A DNA stretch of 64,000 bases from Candidatus Omnitrophota bacterium (GTDB taxonomy: Bacteria > Omnitrophota > Omnitrophia > Omnitrophales > Aquincolibacteriaceae): positions 17,865-81,864 of the forward strand of contig JACPXL010000002.1 of the NCBI GenBank assembly GCA_016196555.1. Direction: 5' to 3'. Positions 25,532 through 34,245 of this stretch are shown piece after piece; within the stretch, counting starts at the first letter, position 1; every line of letters starts with the position of its first letter. Made by a program: the position numbers and the translations under genes. The notes under the pieces were generated by a model that ran no database searches, was not told the DNA's origin, and saw only the letters and a program-made list of their open reading frames with translations.

Positions 25532-26413
25532 TCAGGTTCTTAGGTTAGGTTCCAGGATCTTTTTTCCTTCGACATAGTTTAAAATATCGTTTTGAAGTTG
25601 TTTATATTCCGATGAAGGCAAAGAAGTGCCGGAAAAACGTATTTCTTCAAACCGTACAAAAAGATTTTTTAAACGACTGAGTTCTTCAGTAGAAATATTC
25701 TGAGCAGATAAGGCCTTTAAAATTTCCGAATCACTTAGATTAGGGCGATCCAGGTGATGGCGCTGAATAATGAACCGGGAGCATAGATTGATTAAATGAT
25801 TTGCTTTTTCAGGTGAAGAATAGATTGCAATATCATTGATTGCCGCATGAATGGCATGAGCGATTTTATCGTCTGGAGCCTCAGAATTTTCTTGTGAAAG
25901 CGTTTTGCCGGATTTTTTAAAAAATATCCTACTGATTAAAAAGATGATTAAAATTAAAACTACGCCGAGGGCAATAGCTGGCCAGGCCAAACTTAAAAAT
26001 CCGGTCTTTTTAATTTGGATTTTTAGCTGCGGAACGTCAAAGCTAGCGGCTTTTTGAGACTGGGTATCGATCAAGGAAACTTTAAAAGCTTGGATGGATG
26101 CAGGGCCGGGTTTAATCGGGGCCAATTCAATTTTATAGGTTTTTCTTATCCATGGCTCTTCGCCTTGGATGAAACTTTCTTGCGACTCCCCCTGGCCGCT
26201 CAAAGTCAGATTCTCTAACTCAAAATTGGGTAAGGCGACAGAGTAATTAGCTTCGGATTGGGCCCAGGAAATTCGAATGGATAGCGTAACGCCCTCCCCC
26301 GGCTTTGCCGAGGTCTGAGATAATTTAGTATTAAACTGCGGAGCAGCGTGCGCGTTTGCGGAAAAATAGACAGAAAAGAAAATAGCGGTAACCAAAAGCT
26401 TAAGGGGATTCAT
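25532..26413 (-). CDS. Second BatD-like N-domain + TM helix + DUF4381-like protein (paralog of 22665-23651)
   Basis: Signal peptide, AKPGEGVTLSIRISW, a TM helix (ALGVVLILIIFLI), and a C-terminal LKNLFVRFEEIRFSG. Confidence 0.5.
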   Translation of the reverse strand: MNPLKLLVTAIFFSVYFSANAHAAPQFNTKLSQTSAKPGEGVTLSIRISWAQSEANYSVALPNFELENLTLSGQGESQESFIQGEEPWIRKTYKIELAPIKPGPASIQAFKVSLIDTQSQKAASFDVPQLKIQIKKTGFLSLAWPAIALGVVLILIIFLISRIFFKKSGKTLSQENSEAPDDKIAHAIHAAINDIAIYSSPEKANHLINLCSRFIIQRHHLDRPNLSDSEILKALSAQNISTEELSRLKNLFVRFEEIRFSGTSLPSSEYKQLQNDILNYVEGKKILEPNLRT

Positions 26414-26421
26414 AACGTGTT

Positions 26422-26450
26422 ATTGTAACGACACTTAGAATCAGGATCAA
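26422..26450 (-). promoter_or_regulatory. Sigma70-type promoter TTGATC-N17-TACAAT, with the -10 ending 8 nt before ATG 26413
   Basis: On the minus strand, TTGATC is at 26450-26445 and TACAAT at 26427-26422. The 8-nt gap (aacacgtt) contains no SD. Confidence 0.5.
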
Positions 26451-26451
26451 C

Positions 26452-26495
26452 GAAAAAGAAACGACCTCTGAAGAATGATCCCCAGAGGTCGTTTC
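26452..26495 (-). terminator. Rho-independent terminator of dnaK
   Basis: On the minus strand, GAAACGACCTCTG pairs with CAGAGGTCGTTTC (13 bp) across a 12-nt loop and is followed by TTTTTCG. Confidence 0.85.
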
Positions 26496-26511
26496 TGTGG
26501 CAGGGCGTCAA

Positions 26512-28443
26512 TTATTTTGATTTATTCTTGTCTTTGCCCTCTTCATCGACGACTTCATAGTCTGCATCGACAACATCTTCAGGTTTTCCTGTTTTTCCCG
26601 CCGTTTCGGCAGAGGCCCCTGAAGGAGCCGCTTTCTTTGCGGCTTCTTCATAGACTTTTTGCGCAATCGTATGGGAAGCGGCCGAGAGCTTTTGCATGGC
26701 CTGCTGGATTTTCTCTACAACATCTTCTTTCAAAGCTTCTTTCGCCTCTTTCAGGGCGTCTTCGACACGTTTTTTTTCATCCGCGGAAATTTTTTCTCCG
26801 TGCTCGGCAACACTTTTTTCCGTGGCATAAATCAAATTGTCGAGCTGATTTCTCGAGGTAATGACTTCGTGTTTCTTTTTATCCTCTTCGGCATGCTCTT
26901 GGGCCTCTTTGACAAGTTTATCGATCTCGTTTTTGGCAAGGCCGGATGAAGATTCAATTCGGATCCTCTGTTCTTTACCCGTGCCTAAATCTTTTGCAGA
27001 GACATGCACGATACCATTGGCATCGATGTCGAAAGTGACCTCGATTTGAGGAACTCCGCGCGGCGCAGGAGGAAGTCCTTCCAAATTAAAAATCCCAAGC
27101 ATGCGATTGTTGGTTGCCATTTCGCGTTCCCCTTGCAGAACTTTTACGGTCACAGCCGTTTGATTGTCAGCTGCAGTTGAGAAAATCTCGGATTTTTTAG
27201 TTGGAATCGTTGTATTCCGTTCGATCAATTTGGTCATCACTCCGCCGAGTGTTTCAATTCCAAGGGAAAGCGGCGTGACATCCAAAAGCAAAATGTCCTT
27301 AACGTCGCCCTTAAGAACTCCTCCCTGAATGGCGGCGCCTACGGCCACAACTTCGTCCGGATTGACGCCTTGATGAGGATCTTTTCCGAAAAGCTTTTTT
27401 ACTTTTTCAAGCACAGCCGGCATGCGGGTCTGACCGCCGACTAAAATGACTTCATCAATGTCTTCGGGTTTTACACCAGCATCTTTCATGGCTCTTACAC
27501 AAGGCCCGACTGTTCGTTCCACTAAATCCCCCACTAATTGTTCCAGCTTTGCGCGGCTGAGGCTGATAAGCAAATGTTTGGGTCCGGAAGCATCGGCAGT
27601 GATAAACGGCAAATTGATTTCCGTATTTTGGGAACTTGAAAGTTCGCACTTGGCTTTTTCGGCGGCTTCTTTAAGGCGTTGGAGGGCCATTCTATCTTTA
27701 GCCAAATCAATACCATCAGTTTTTTTGAACTCTGCAATAAGCCATTCAATGATTTTTTGATCAAAGTCATCACCGCCTAAATGAGTGTCCCCGTTCGTGG
27801 CTTTGACTTCAAAAACACCTTCGCCGATTTCCAGAATTGAAATATCGAAAGTTCCGCCGCCAAGATCGTAAACCGCAATGGTTTCATCTTTCTTTTTATC
27901 GAGGCCGTAAGCCAGTGATGCTGCGGTGGGTTCGTTGATAATTCTGAGAACCTCAAGACCGGCAATGGCACCGGCGTCTTTGGTCGCTTGACGTTGAGAA
28001 TCATTAAAGTAGGCCGGAACCGTAATTACGGCTTGTTTAATGGATTCGCCCAAATAGGCTTCTGCATCAGCTTTTAATTTTTGCAGTACCATCGCTGAAA
28101 TTTCAGGCGGAGTATAATCCCGGTTTTCCATGGGGATATGAATGACCGCTTCATGATGTTTTCCTGCTTTGGTTTTAAAGGGAACTAATTTACTCTCCTG
28201 CTCGACTTCTTCGAATCGACGGCCGATAAAGCGTTTTGCACTAAATACGGTATTTTCCGGGTTGGTAATGGCTTGCCGTTTGGCTGCTTGACCGACCAAA
28301 CGGTCCCCTGTTTTTGTAAATGCGACGACGGAGGGAGTGGTTCGATTACCTTCTTTGTTGGGAATAACCTTCGGTTCCGATCCTTCCATGACTGCCATGC
28401 ACGAATTTGTCGTTCCTAAATCAATTCCTAAGACTTTAGCCAT
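26512..28443 (-). CDS. dnaK: Molecular chaperone DnaK (Hsp70)
   Basis: [17 protein letters not shown] and [11 protein letters not shown] signatures. An AAAGGAGA SD is present. No grpE or dnaJ is adjacent. Confidence 0.97.
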   Translation of the reverse strand: MAKVLGIDLGTTNSCMAVMEGSEPKVIPNKEGNRTTPSVVAFTKTGDRLVGQAAKRQAITNPENTVFSAKRFIGRRFEEVEQESKLVPFKTKAGKHHEAVIHIPMENRDYTPPEISAMVLQKLKADAEAYLGESIKQAVITVPAYFNDSQRQATKDAGAIAGLEVLRIINEPTAASLAYGLDKKKDETIAVYDLGGGTFDISILEIGEGVFEVKATNGDTHLGGDDFDQKIIEWLIAEFKKTDGIDLAKDRMALQRLKEAAEKAKCELSSSQNTEINLPFITADASGPKHLLISLSRAKLEQLVGDLVERTVGPCVRAMKDAGVKPEDIDEVILVGGQTRMPAVLEKVKKLFGKDPHQGVNPDEVVAVGAAIQGGVLKGDVKDILLLDVTPLSLGIETLGGVMTKLIERNTTIPTKKSEIFSTAADNQTAVTVKVLQGEREMATNNRMLGIFNLEGLPPAPRGVPQIEVTFDIDANGIVHVSAKDLGTGKEQRIRIESSSGLAKNEIDKLVKEAQEHAEEDKKKHEVITSRNQLDNLIYATEKSVAEHGEKISADEKKRVEDALKEAKEALKEDVVEKIQQAMQKLSAASHTIAQKVYEEAAKKAAPSGASAETAGKTGKPEDVVDADYEVVDEEGKDKNKSK

Positions 28444-28495
28444 TTTGATTTCTCCTTTTTAGATTAAGACAGTTTTTAAGACTCGCCTCTATAAG

Positions 28496-28512
28496 ATCAA
28501 TATCCATGCCAA
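28496..28512 (-). promoter_or_regulatory. Sigma54-like -24/-12 element TTGGCATGGATATTGAT upstream of dnaK (the -12 element is GA rather than GC)
   Basis: On the minus strand, TGGCA then N6 then TTGA, with the GG-to-TTG spacing of the TGGCACG-N4-TTGC consensus. It lies about 55 nt upstream of the dnaK ATG. Confidence 0.35.
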
Positions 28513-28601
28513 ATTCGATTCTGAGGCTGTTTCCTTAACCGCTTTGTTTATAGTCAGTTACGAGAGGGATAAAAAATTATCAGAAAAGAAAAATTGAAAT
28601 C

Positions 28602-28616
28602 GTGTCACATTGACAC
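28602..28616. promoter_or_regulatory. Perfect inverted repeat GTGTCA-CAT-TGACAC: candidate enhancer-binding-protein site or weak terminator hairpin
   Basis: A 6-3-6 palindrome about 95 nt upstream of the -24 element. An extra GTGACA half-site sits at 28635-28640. On the minus strand a T-rich tract follows. Confidence 0.35.
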
Positions 28617-28642
28617 AAAGCTTAACGTATCAAAGTGACAAA

Positions 28643-30013
28643 TTAGAGTTTGTATTCGTCGATTTTCCGGTAGAGCGTTCGGCGGGAAATTCCCAATTTT
28701 TTAGCGGCGGATGATTTATTTCCACGGGAATCATTGAGAGCTTGTTTGATAAATTCTTTTTCCACATCGCTCAAATTTCTGGAGCCATTGAGTAAAGATT
28801 CGGTTGTGGAAGAAGATAAAATTTGACCGGAATTGTTGCGTATGTCATCAGGGACGTTGGCGAGATGAAGATGATGCTCATTGCTTAAGACGACCATTCT
28901 CTCAATAATATTTTTGAGTTCGCGGATATTTCCAGGCCAGGGATATTGCAGCAAGGCTTGTTTTGCGTCAGGAGCAAGAGTCGGTGGTTTTTTTCCGTTT
29001 ATTTCAGAAAAGTATTTAATAAAATAATCAATCAGCGGAAGAATGTCTTCAGGGCGTTCACGCAGTGAAGGTAATTTGATATAAATCACATTGATGCGAT
29101 AATACAAATCTTCACGGAATCTTCCTTTATTGACCTCTTCCTTTAGATTTTTATTAGTCGCGCAAACCAGCCGGACATCGACTCGTATTGTTTTGGAGCC
29201 GCCCACACGCTCGAATTCTCCGTTTTGTAGAACGCGCAGAAGTTTGACTTGTGTTTCAGCTGAGATTTCCCCGACTTCATCCAAAAATAAAGTCCCCTGA
29301 TGAGCCCGCTCAAACCTTCCGATTTTTCTTTCCGAAGCGCCGGTAAAGGCGCCGCGTTCATGGCCAAACAGCTCACTGGCGAGCAGCGTTTCCGTCAGGG
29401 CGGCACAATGGACGGCAATAAAGGGCTTGCTTGCGCGTGAACTTAGACGATGGATACGATGCGCGATCAATTCCTTGCCCGTGCCACTTTCGCCTTCAAT
29501 TAAAACGGCGGAATTTGATTTTGCGATTTTGTCGACGGTTCGCAGCGCTTCTTTCATCTTGGGAGAAACGGCTAGAATTTCACCCCGCTCAAATTTTTGG
29601 GTGAATAAGGCTTGGCGCAGTTCTTGGTTTTCTTCTTCTAGGTTTTTCTTTGCGAGAGATTTGGTAACCAAAAAATCCAACTCTTCAAGATTGATTGGCT
29701 TGGTTAAATAATAGTACGCTCCTTTTTTCATGGCTTTGACAGCATCTTCGACTGAACCGTAAGCTGTCAGAAAAATTACGGTGGCTTTAGAATCGTGAGC
29801 GATTATTTTTTCGAGGAGTACTATCCCGTCCATTTTTGGCATTTTGACATCGCATAACACGAGATCGGGTTTATCTTTGAGATAAATCTCCCAGCCTTCG
29901 CTTCCATCCGCGGCCAAAAGAATATCATAACCTTTTGCTTCCAAAAATTGCTTCAGGCCATCGCGGGTATTTTTTTCGTCATCAACAATTAAAATGGTGG
30001 CAAATAAGGGCAT
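28643..30013 (-). CDS. Sigma54-dependent response regulator (NtrC family: REC + AAA+ + Fis-type HTH)
   Basis: REC domain with D at ILIVDDE...CDVKMP, Walker A GESGTGKE, GAFTGA motif, and a C-terminal HTH AAKKLGISRRTLYRKI. Confidence 0.92.
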   Translation of the reverse strand: MPLFATILIVDDEKNTRDGLKQFLEAKGYDILLAADGSEGWEIYLKDKPDLVLCDVKMPKMDGIVLLEKIIAHDSKATVIFLTAYGSVEDAVKAMKKGAYYYLTKPINLEELDFLVTKSLAKKNLEEENQELRQALFTQKFERGEILAVSPKMKEALRTVDKIAKSNSAVLIEGESGTGKELIAHRIHRLSSRASKPFIAVHCAALTETLLASELFGHERGAFTGASERKIGRFERAHQGTLFLDEVGEISAETQVKLLRVLQNGEFERVGGSKTIRVDVRLVCATNKNLKEEVNKGRFREDLYYRINVIYIKLPSLRERPEDILPLIDYFIKYFSEINGKKPPTLAPDAKQALLQYPWPGNIRELKNIIERMVVLSNEHHLHLANVPDDIRNNSGQILSSSTTESLLNGSRNLSDVEKEFIKQALNDSRGNKSSAAKKLGISRRTLYRKIDEYKL

Positions 30014-30022
30014 AGGTTTTAG

Positions 30023-31192
30023 TTAGGATGCTTTTAGTTCATTGGTTAGTTGAAGTTTAGTGCGGCGAATGGGAAGAAGAATAGCGAACGTTGTCCCCTT
30101 CCCAAGTTTACTCGTGACTTCAATCTTGCCGCCATGTTCCATCACATGATTGTAGACCGTCATAAGGCCCAGGCCCGAGCCTTCTTCCTTAGTTGTGTAA
30201 TAGGCCTCAAAAATATGGGGCAAATCCCTTTCGGAAATTCCCTGGCCTTCATCTTGAAAATGCAGTATTGCAACCTGATTGCGATGAGAAATGCGAATTT
30301 TAATCATGCCGCCCCTTTGCATAGCTTCCATTGCATTTTTGAGAAGATTAATAAAAGCTTGATAGAGCCGCTCGCGGTCCATCAAAAATGGAGCCAGAGA
30401 GCGGTCGGGACGAAATTTAATCGCAATTTTTCGTTCCGAAAGTTCCGGAGCCATAAATTGAGCAGCTTCCTCGACAAGAGAATTCAGATCTTCCAGACGG
30501 AACCTTAAAAGCGGTTTCCGGGTCGCTTTTAAAAAATGACGCACAATTCTATCAAGACGAGCGGTTTCGGTATTTAGAATATGCAAAGTTTTGGCAACAG
30601 CTTCACGTTTTACCTCGGGCAATGTAGCAACTTCCTTTTTTAGGAGTTCTAAATGAATATTGAGTGAATTTAGGGGATTTCCGATTTCATGGGCCAAGCC
30701 CGCAGTCAACCGGACCATGGCTTCAATCCGCGCCAAGCGTTCTTCATCCGATTGGCGGATTTTTTGTTCAGTAATATTGGCAATGATCACGACAATTATT
30801 TTTTGGCCGTTAGAGGCATACGGGGCTAAAGTGACTCGCAAAAAACTTTCACGCGGGCTTAAAACTTGAAAATCTTGAACAACTTTGGCGGAGAGACCTT
30901 TTAAATTTTGTTTAATAAACCGGCTCAAAACCGGGTCTTCAATGGAGTCTTGGAATTTGGTGTTAAGGGGAAAATCCTCCTGCACGCCAAGCCAAAAAGA
31001 AGCGCTGCGATTAAGGAATAAAACCTGGCCTTTTTCGTCGATTAAGGCAAGCCCTTCTTCGAGTTCCTGAAAAGCTTCTCGGTAAAGGGCGGTTTCATCA
31101 CAAAGCTTTTTAAGATAATTGCGGATGGCTTCACGATCCAGCCGGTCCACATGTTCTAAAAGTTTGTAAGTAAAACCGCTCCGTTCAGGCAT
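30023..31192 (-). CDS. Cytoplasmic PAS-domain sensor histidine kinase
   Basis: H-box LAHEIGNPL, N-box LLKNAMEA, G-boxes DEGQGI and GSGLGL. No TM helix. I chose the start at ATG 31192 (MPERSG), which gives an ATGCCTGA overlap with the trpF stop. The longer track ORF would dual-code conserved trpF sequence. Confidence 0.85.
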   Translation of the reverse strand: MPERSGFTYKLLEHVDRLDREAIRNYLKKLCDETALYREAFQELEEGLALIDEKGQVLFLNRSASFWLGVQEDFPLNTKFQDSIEDPVLSRFIKQNLKGLSAKVVQDFQVLSPRESFLRVTLAPYASNGQKIIVVIIANITEQKIRQSDEERLARIEAMVRLTAGLAHEIGNPLNSLNIHLELLKKEVATLPEVKREAVAKTLHILNTETARLDRIVRHFLKATRKPLLRFRLEDLNSLVEEAAQFMAPELSERKIAIKFRPDRSLAPFLMDRERLYQAFINLLKNAMEAMQRGGMIKIRISHRNQVAILHFQDEGQGISERDLPHIFEAYYTTKEEGSGLGLMTVYNHVMEHGGKIEVTSKLGKGTTFAILLPIRRTKLQLTNELKAS

Positions 31193-31823
31193 GTAGGCGC
31201 TTTTTTTCTCCTTTGGCCAAATGGATAAATTGCTCCAAAAGCTGCGGATCTTTTTGCCCAGGACTTTTTTCAACACCGCTTGCCACATCGACGGCAAAGG
31301 GATGGATTTTATCAATGACTTCGGCCACGTTTTGAATATTCAAGCCACCCGCAATAAAAAGCTTTTCATGCACAAAGGGCCGGTCACCGATTAATTTCCA
31401 ATCGAAAGGAATGCCTGTTCCCCCTTTTGCGTCTTTACTATAAGTATCAAATAAATAGGAAGTTACGTTGTATTCATCGATGCGCTTGAGGCTCATAGCA
31501 TCTTTAATATGAAAGGTCTTGATCACTTCAAAGCCTTCATTTATGAAGTACTGGCAATACCGGGCGGTTTCATCGCCATGAAATTGAAGAATTTTAAGGC
31601 CCAGTTTACTGGCAATGCGTTTGACTTCGGTTTTGGGCTGATTGCAGAAAACCCCGACAAAATTTTTGAATCCGGAAATATTCCCAATAATTTCGGAAGC
31701 CATTGCAGGGTCGATCCGGCGTTTACTCTCGGTAAAAATAAATCCCAAATAATCCGCGCCTAAAGAAACCGCAAGCTTGGCATCTTGAACATTTGTATTT
31801 CCACAAATTTTCACCCGCGTCAT
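31185..31823 (-). CDS. trpF: Phosphoribosylanthranilate isomerase
   Basis: MTRVKICGNT..., LGADYLGFIF, and C-terminal FAVDVASGVE. Confidence 0.9.
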   Translation of the reverse strand: MTRVKICGNTNVQDAKLAVSLGADYLGFIFTESKRRIDPAMASEIIGNISGFKNFVGVFCNQPKTEVKRIASKLGLKILQFHGDETARYCQYFINEGFEVIKTFHIKDAMSLKRIDEYNVTSYLFDTYSKDAKGGTGIPFDWKLIGDRPFVHEKLFIAGGLNIQNVAEVIDKIHPFAVDVASGVEKSPGQKDPQLLEQFIHLAKGEKKRLHA

Positions 31824-31833
31824 TGAGTACTCC

Positions 31834-32649
31834 TTATGAAGAATGGCGTTTTCCTAAAAGTTCCTCGACGGCTCCCACAATATCCGGCGACCTCATGAGA
31901 TGAGTGCCGACTAGAAAACTATGAACGCCGAGGCTTTTATAAGACATTAAATCCGTGTAGGTTTTTAAACCGCTTTCCACGACAATCGGAATTCCTTTGG
32001 GAACGTGAGGAATAATCGATTGCGCGTTTTTAACATCCACTTCGAGTGTTTGTAGATTACGATTATTGATTCCGATCAGTTCCGCACCAGCAGATTCCGC
32101 TTTTTTGAGATCTTCTACGGTGTGAACTTCCACCAATGCATCAAGCTCAAATCGCCTCCCTAATTTAATCAGCGAACTGAGCTCTTCTTCGGTTAAAATT
32201 GAGGCGATTAAAAGATAAGCGTCCGCTTCAAGAAGCACGCTTTCATAAATTTGAAAGCTTTCCAAAATGAAATCTTTGCGCAAAATGGGGAGCGAAGTCA
32301 CTTGGCGAACAGTTTTAAGATAACTCGGCCGGCCTTTAAAGTAATGAGTTTCCGTCAAAATCGAAATTGCTTTAGCACCGGCATGTTCATAATAGCCGGC
32401 AATGCGCAGAGGCTGAAAATCCTCGCGCAAAATTCCTTCGGATGGCGAAGCCTTTTTAATTTCGCAGACAAGATTGATGCCGCGTGTTCCAGAAATAGCT
32501 TTTTTAAATGAACGCACAGGCGATCGCGAAGATTTTTCAGCGGTTTGCCGTAATCTATGAAGCGGGAAACGGCGCTTTAATTCTTCCAGATCTTTTCGTT
32601 TTTGAGTGAGAATTTCATTTAAAACCATAGTTTCAGCCAATGCTTTCAT
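31834..32649 (-). CDS. trpC: Indole-3-glycerol phosphate synthase
   Basis: EIKKASPSEG, ISILTE, IGINNRNL motifs. Confidence 0.92.
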   Translation of the reverse strand: MKALAETMVLNEILTQKRKDLEELKRRFPLHRLRQTAEKSSRSPVRSFKKAISGTRGINLVCEIKKASPSEGILREDFQPLRIAGYYEHAGAKAISILTETHYFKGRPSYLKTVRQVTSLPILRKDFILESFQIYESVLLEADAYLLIASILTEEELSSLIKLGRRFELDALVEVHTVEDLKKAESAGAELIGINNRNLQTLEVDVKNAQSIIPHVPKGIPIVVESGLKTYTDLMSYKSLGVHSFLVGTHLMRSPDIVGAVEELLGKRHSS

Positions 32650-33659
32650 CCGCCCCTGGATATTTTTTTGAGCCCCCGGAGAGCTTGATAGGCCCGTCCA
32701 GAATCAATGCTATCCGTTGCCAACCGGATTCCCTGCTTTAAATTTTTTGCAATCCCAGCGGCATAAAGCCCAGCGGCACTATTTAAAAGAACCGTATCGC
32801 GCATGGGTCCATAAAGTTTTCCGGTCAAAATTCGTACGGCCAAGTCACGATTTTTTTTAATCGAACCTCCCTGCAAACTTTTTCGGCTCGCTTTTTTGAA
32901 ACCGAATTGAGCAGGGTTCCATGTCTCACGGTGAATCTGCCCTTGTTGGATTCTTGCAATGTGGCACGGAGCTGAAGTGGATATCTCATCCAATCCATCT
33001 GCGCTTGAGCAAACGATGGCCCGGCGGATTTTCGATTTGCGAAGAATTTCGGCATAGGTCGAAACGTCGCGCTGGCGGGACACACCGACCAGCTGATAAT
33101 CTAAAGCCAGAGGATTGACCAAAGGCCCCAAGTAATTGAAAATAGTGCGGGTTTTTAATTTTTTTCGCAGCGGCTGAAGACTTTTAAAAATGGGATGATA
33201 CAAAGGAGCATGAAAAAAACCGATGCCATGCTTTTTGATGGCGCGTATCATTTTTTCGGGCGAAGCTGCGAGATTGACTCCCAAAGCCTCCACCAAGTCC
33301 GAACTGCCGCATTGCGAGGAGAGTGACCGATTCCCATGTTTTGCCACTTTTCCTCCCGCGCCCGCGATAACAAACGCAGCAAGTGTCGAGACATTAATGG
33401 TACGGCTTTGATCGCCGCCTGTGCCGCATGTGTCCATCAAATGTAAAATTCCTGAATAACGCGGAGGTTCTAATTGTCGTATGATTTTAAGGCACCCTTC
33501 GATTTCTTGAATCGACTCCCCTCGTTTTGCTAAAAGGAGAAGCAATGTCTTGGAAAATTCTTCGGATAATTTTCCCTGAACCATTTGTCGAAACACACTC
33601 TCAGCTTGTGCTTTCGAAAGATGTCCTCCCGTGAGTAGGTTTGCGAGATCAAGTTTCAT
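32646..33659 (-). CDS. trpD: Anthranilate phosphoribosyltransferase
   Basis: DTCGTGGD, KHGNRS, and FFHAPLYHP-type motifs. Confidence 0.92.
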   Translation of the reverse strand: MKLDLANLLTGGHLSKAQAESVFRQMVQGKLSEEFSKTLLLLLAKRGESIQEIEGCLKIIRQLEPPRYSGILHLMDTCGTGGDQSRTINVSTLAAFVIAGAGGKVAKHGNRSLSSQCGSSDLVEALGVNLAASPEKMIRAIKKHGIGFFHAPLYHPIFKSLQPLRKKLKTRTIFNYLGPLVNPLALDYQLVGVSRQRDVSTYAEILRKSKIRRAIVCSSADGLDEISTSAPCHIARIQQGQIHRETWNPAQFGFKKASRKSLQGGSIKKNRDLAVRILTGKLYGPMRDTVLLNSAAGLYAAGIAKNLKQGIRLATDSIDSGRAYQALRGLKKISRGG

Positions 33660-33660
33660 T

Positions 33661-34245
33661 TCAGGAACGGCCTTTCTTTCGGGCGCAGGATAAAAAATTC
33701 TTCAAAATATTTTTTCCGTGGCTCGTTAAAATCGATTCAGGATGAAATTGAACGCCCCATGTCGGATGCTGCCGATGGCGGAGCCCCATAATTTCCCCTT
33801 CTTTTGTCCATGCCATCACCTCGAGACTTTTAGGGAATCCTTTTTGATTCACAAGAAGAGAATGATACCGAGTGGCTTGAAACGGGCTTGGGATTTCCTG
33901 GAAAATATCTTTTTTGTTGTGATAAATCGGAGAAGTCTTCCCATGCATAATTCTTTTGGCCCGTATGATCTCCCCGCCAAAAACAAATCCAATGCATTGA
34001 TGACCGAGACAAACTCCAAGCATGGGGATTTTCCCGCTGAATGTGCGTATCACGTCATTTGAAATCCCGGCTTCCTTGGGAGTGCAGGGCCCTGGCGAAA
34101 TCACGATTTGGTCAGGTTTGAGGCGTTTGATTTTAGCCAGAGTAATCTGGTCATTGCGGTAAACAACCGGATTGGCGCCCAATTCGCCCAAGTATTGGAC
34201 GAGATTGTAAGTAAACGAATCGTAATTATCGATGACCAGAAGCAT
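33661..34245 (-). CDS. trpG: Anthranilate synthase component II (glutamine amidotransferase)
   Basis: [26 protein letters not shown] (catalytic Cys), and the HPES triad. Start at ATG 34245 overlaps the trpE end by 20 nt. The 45-aa track extension is rejected. Confidence 0.9.
   Translation of the reverse strand: MLLVIDNYDSFTYNLVQYLGELGANPVVYRNDQITLAKIKRLKPDQIVISPGPCTPKEAGISNDVIRTFSGKIPMLGVCLGHQCIGFVFGGEIIRAKRIMHGKTSPIYHNKKDIFQEIPSPFQATRYHSLLVNQKGFPKSLEVMAWTKEGEIMGLRHRQHPTWGVQFHPESILTSHGKNILKNFLSCARKKGRS

Noticed and set aside
28444-28642. I looked for a CIRCE element (TTAGCACTC-N9-GAGTGCTAA) or a sigma32-type promoter (CTTGAAA...CCCCAT) upstream of dnaK.
   Set aside because: Neither motif is visible on either strand of the spacer.
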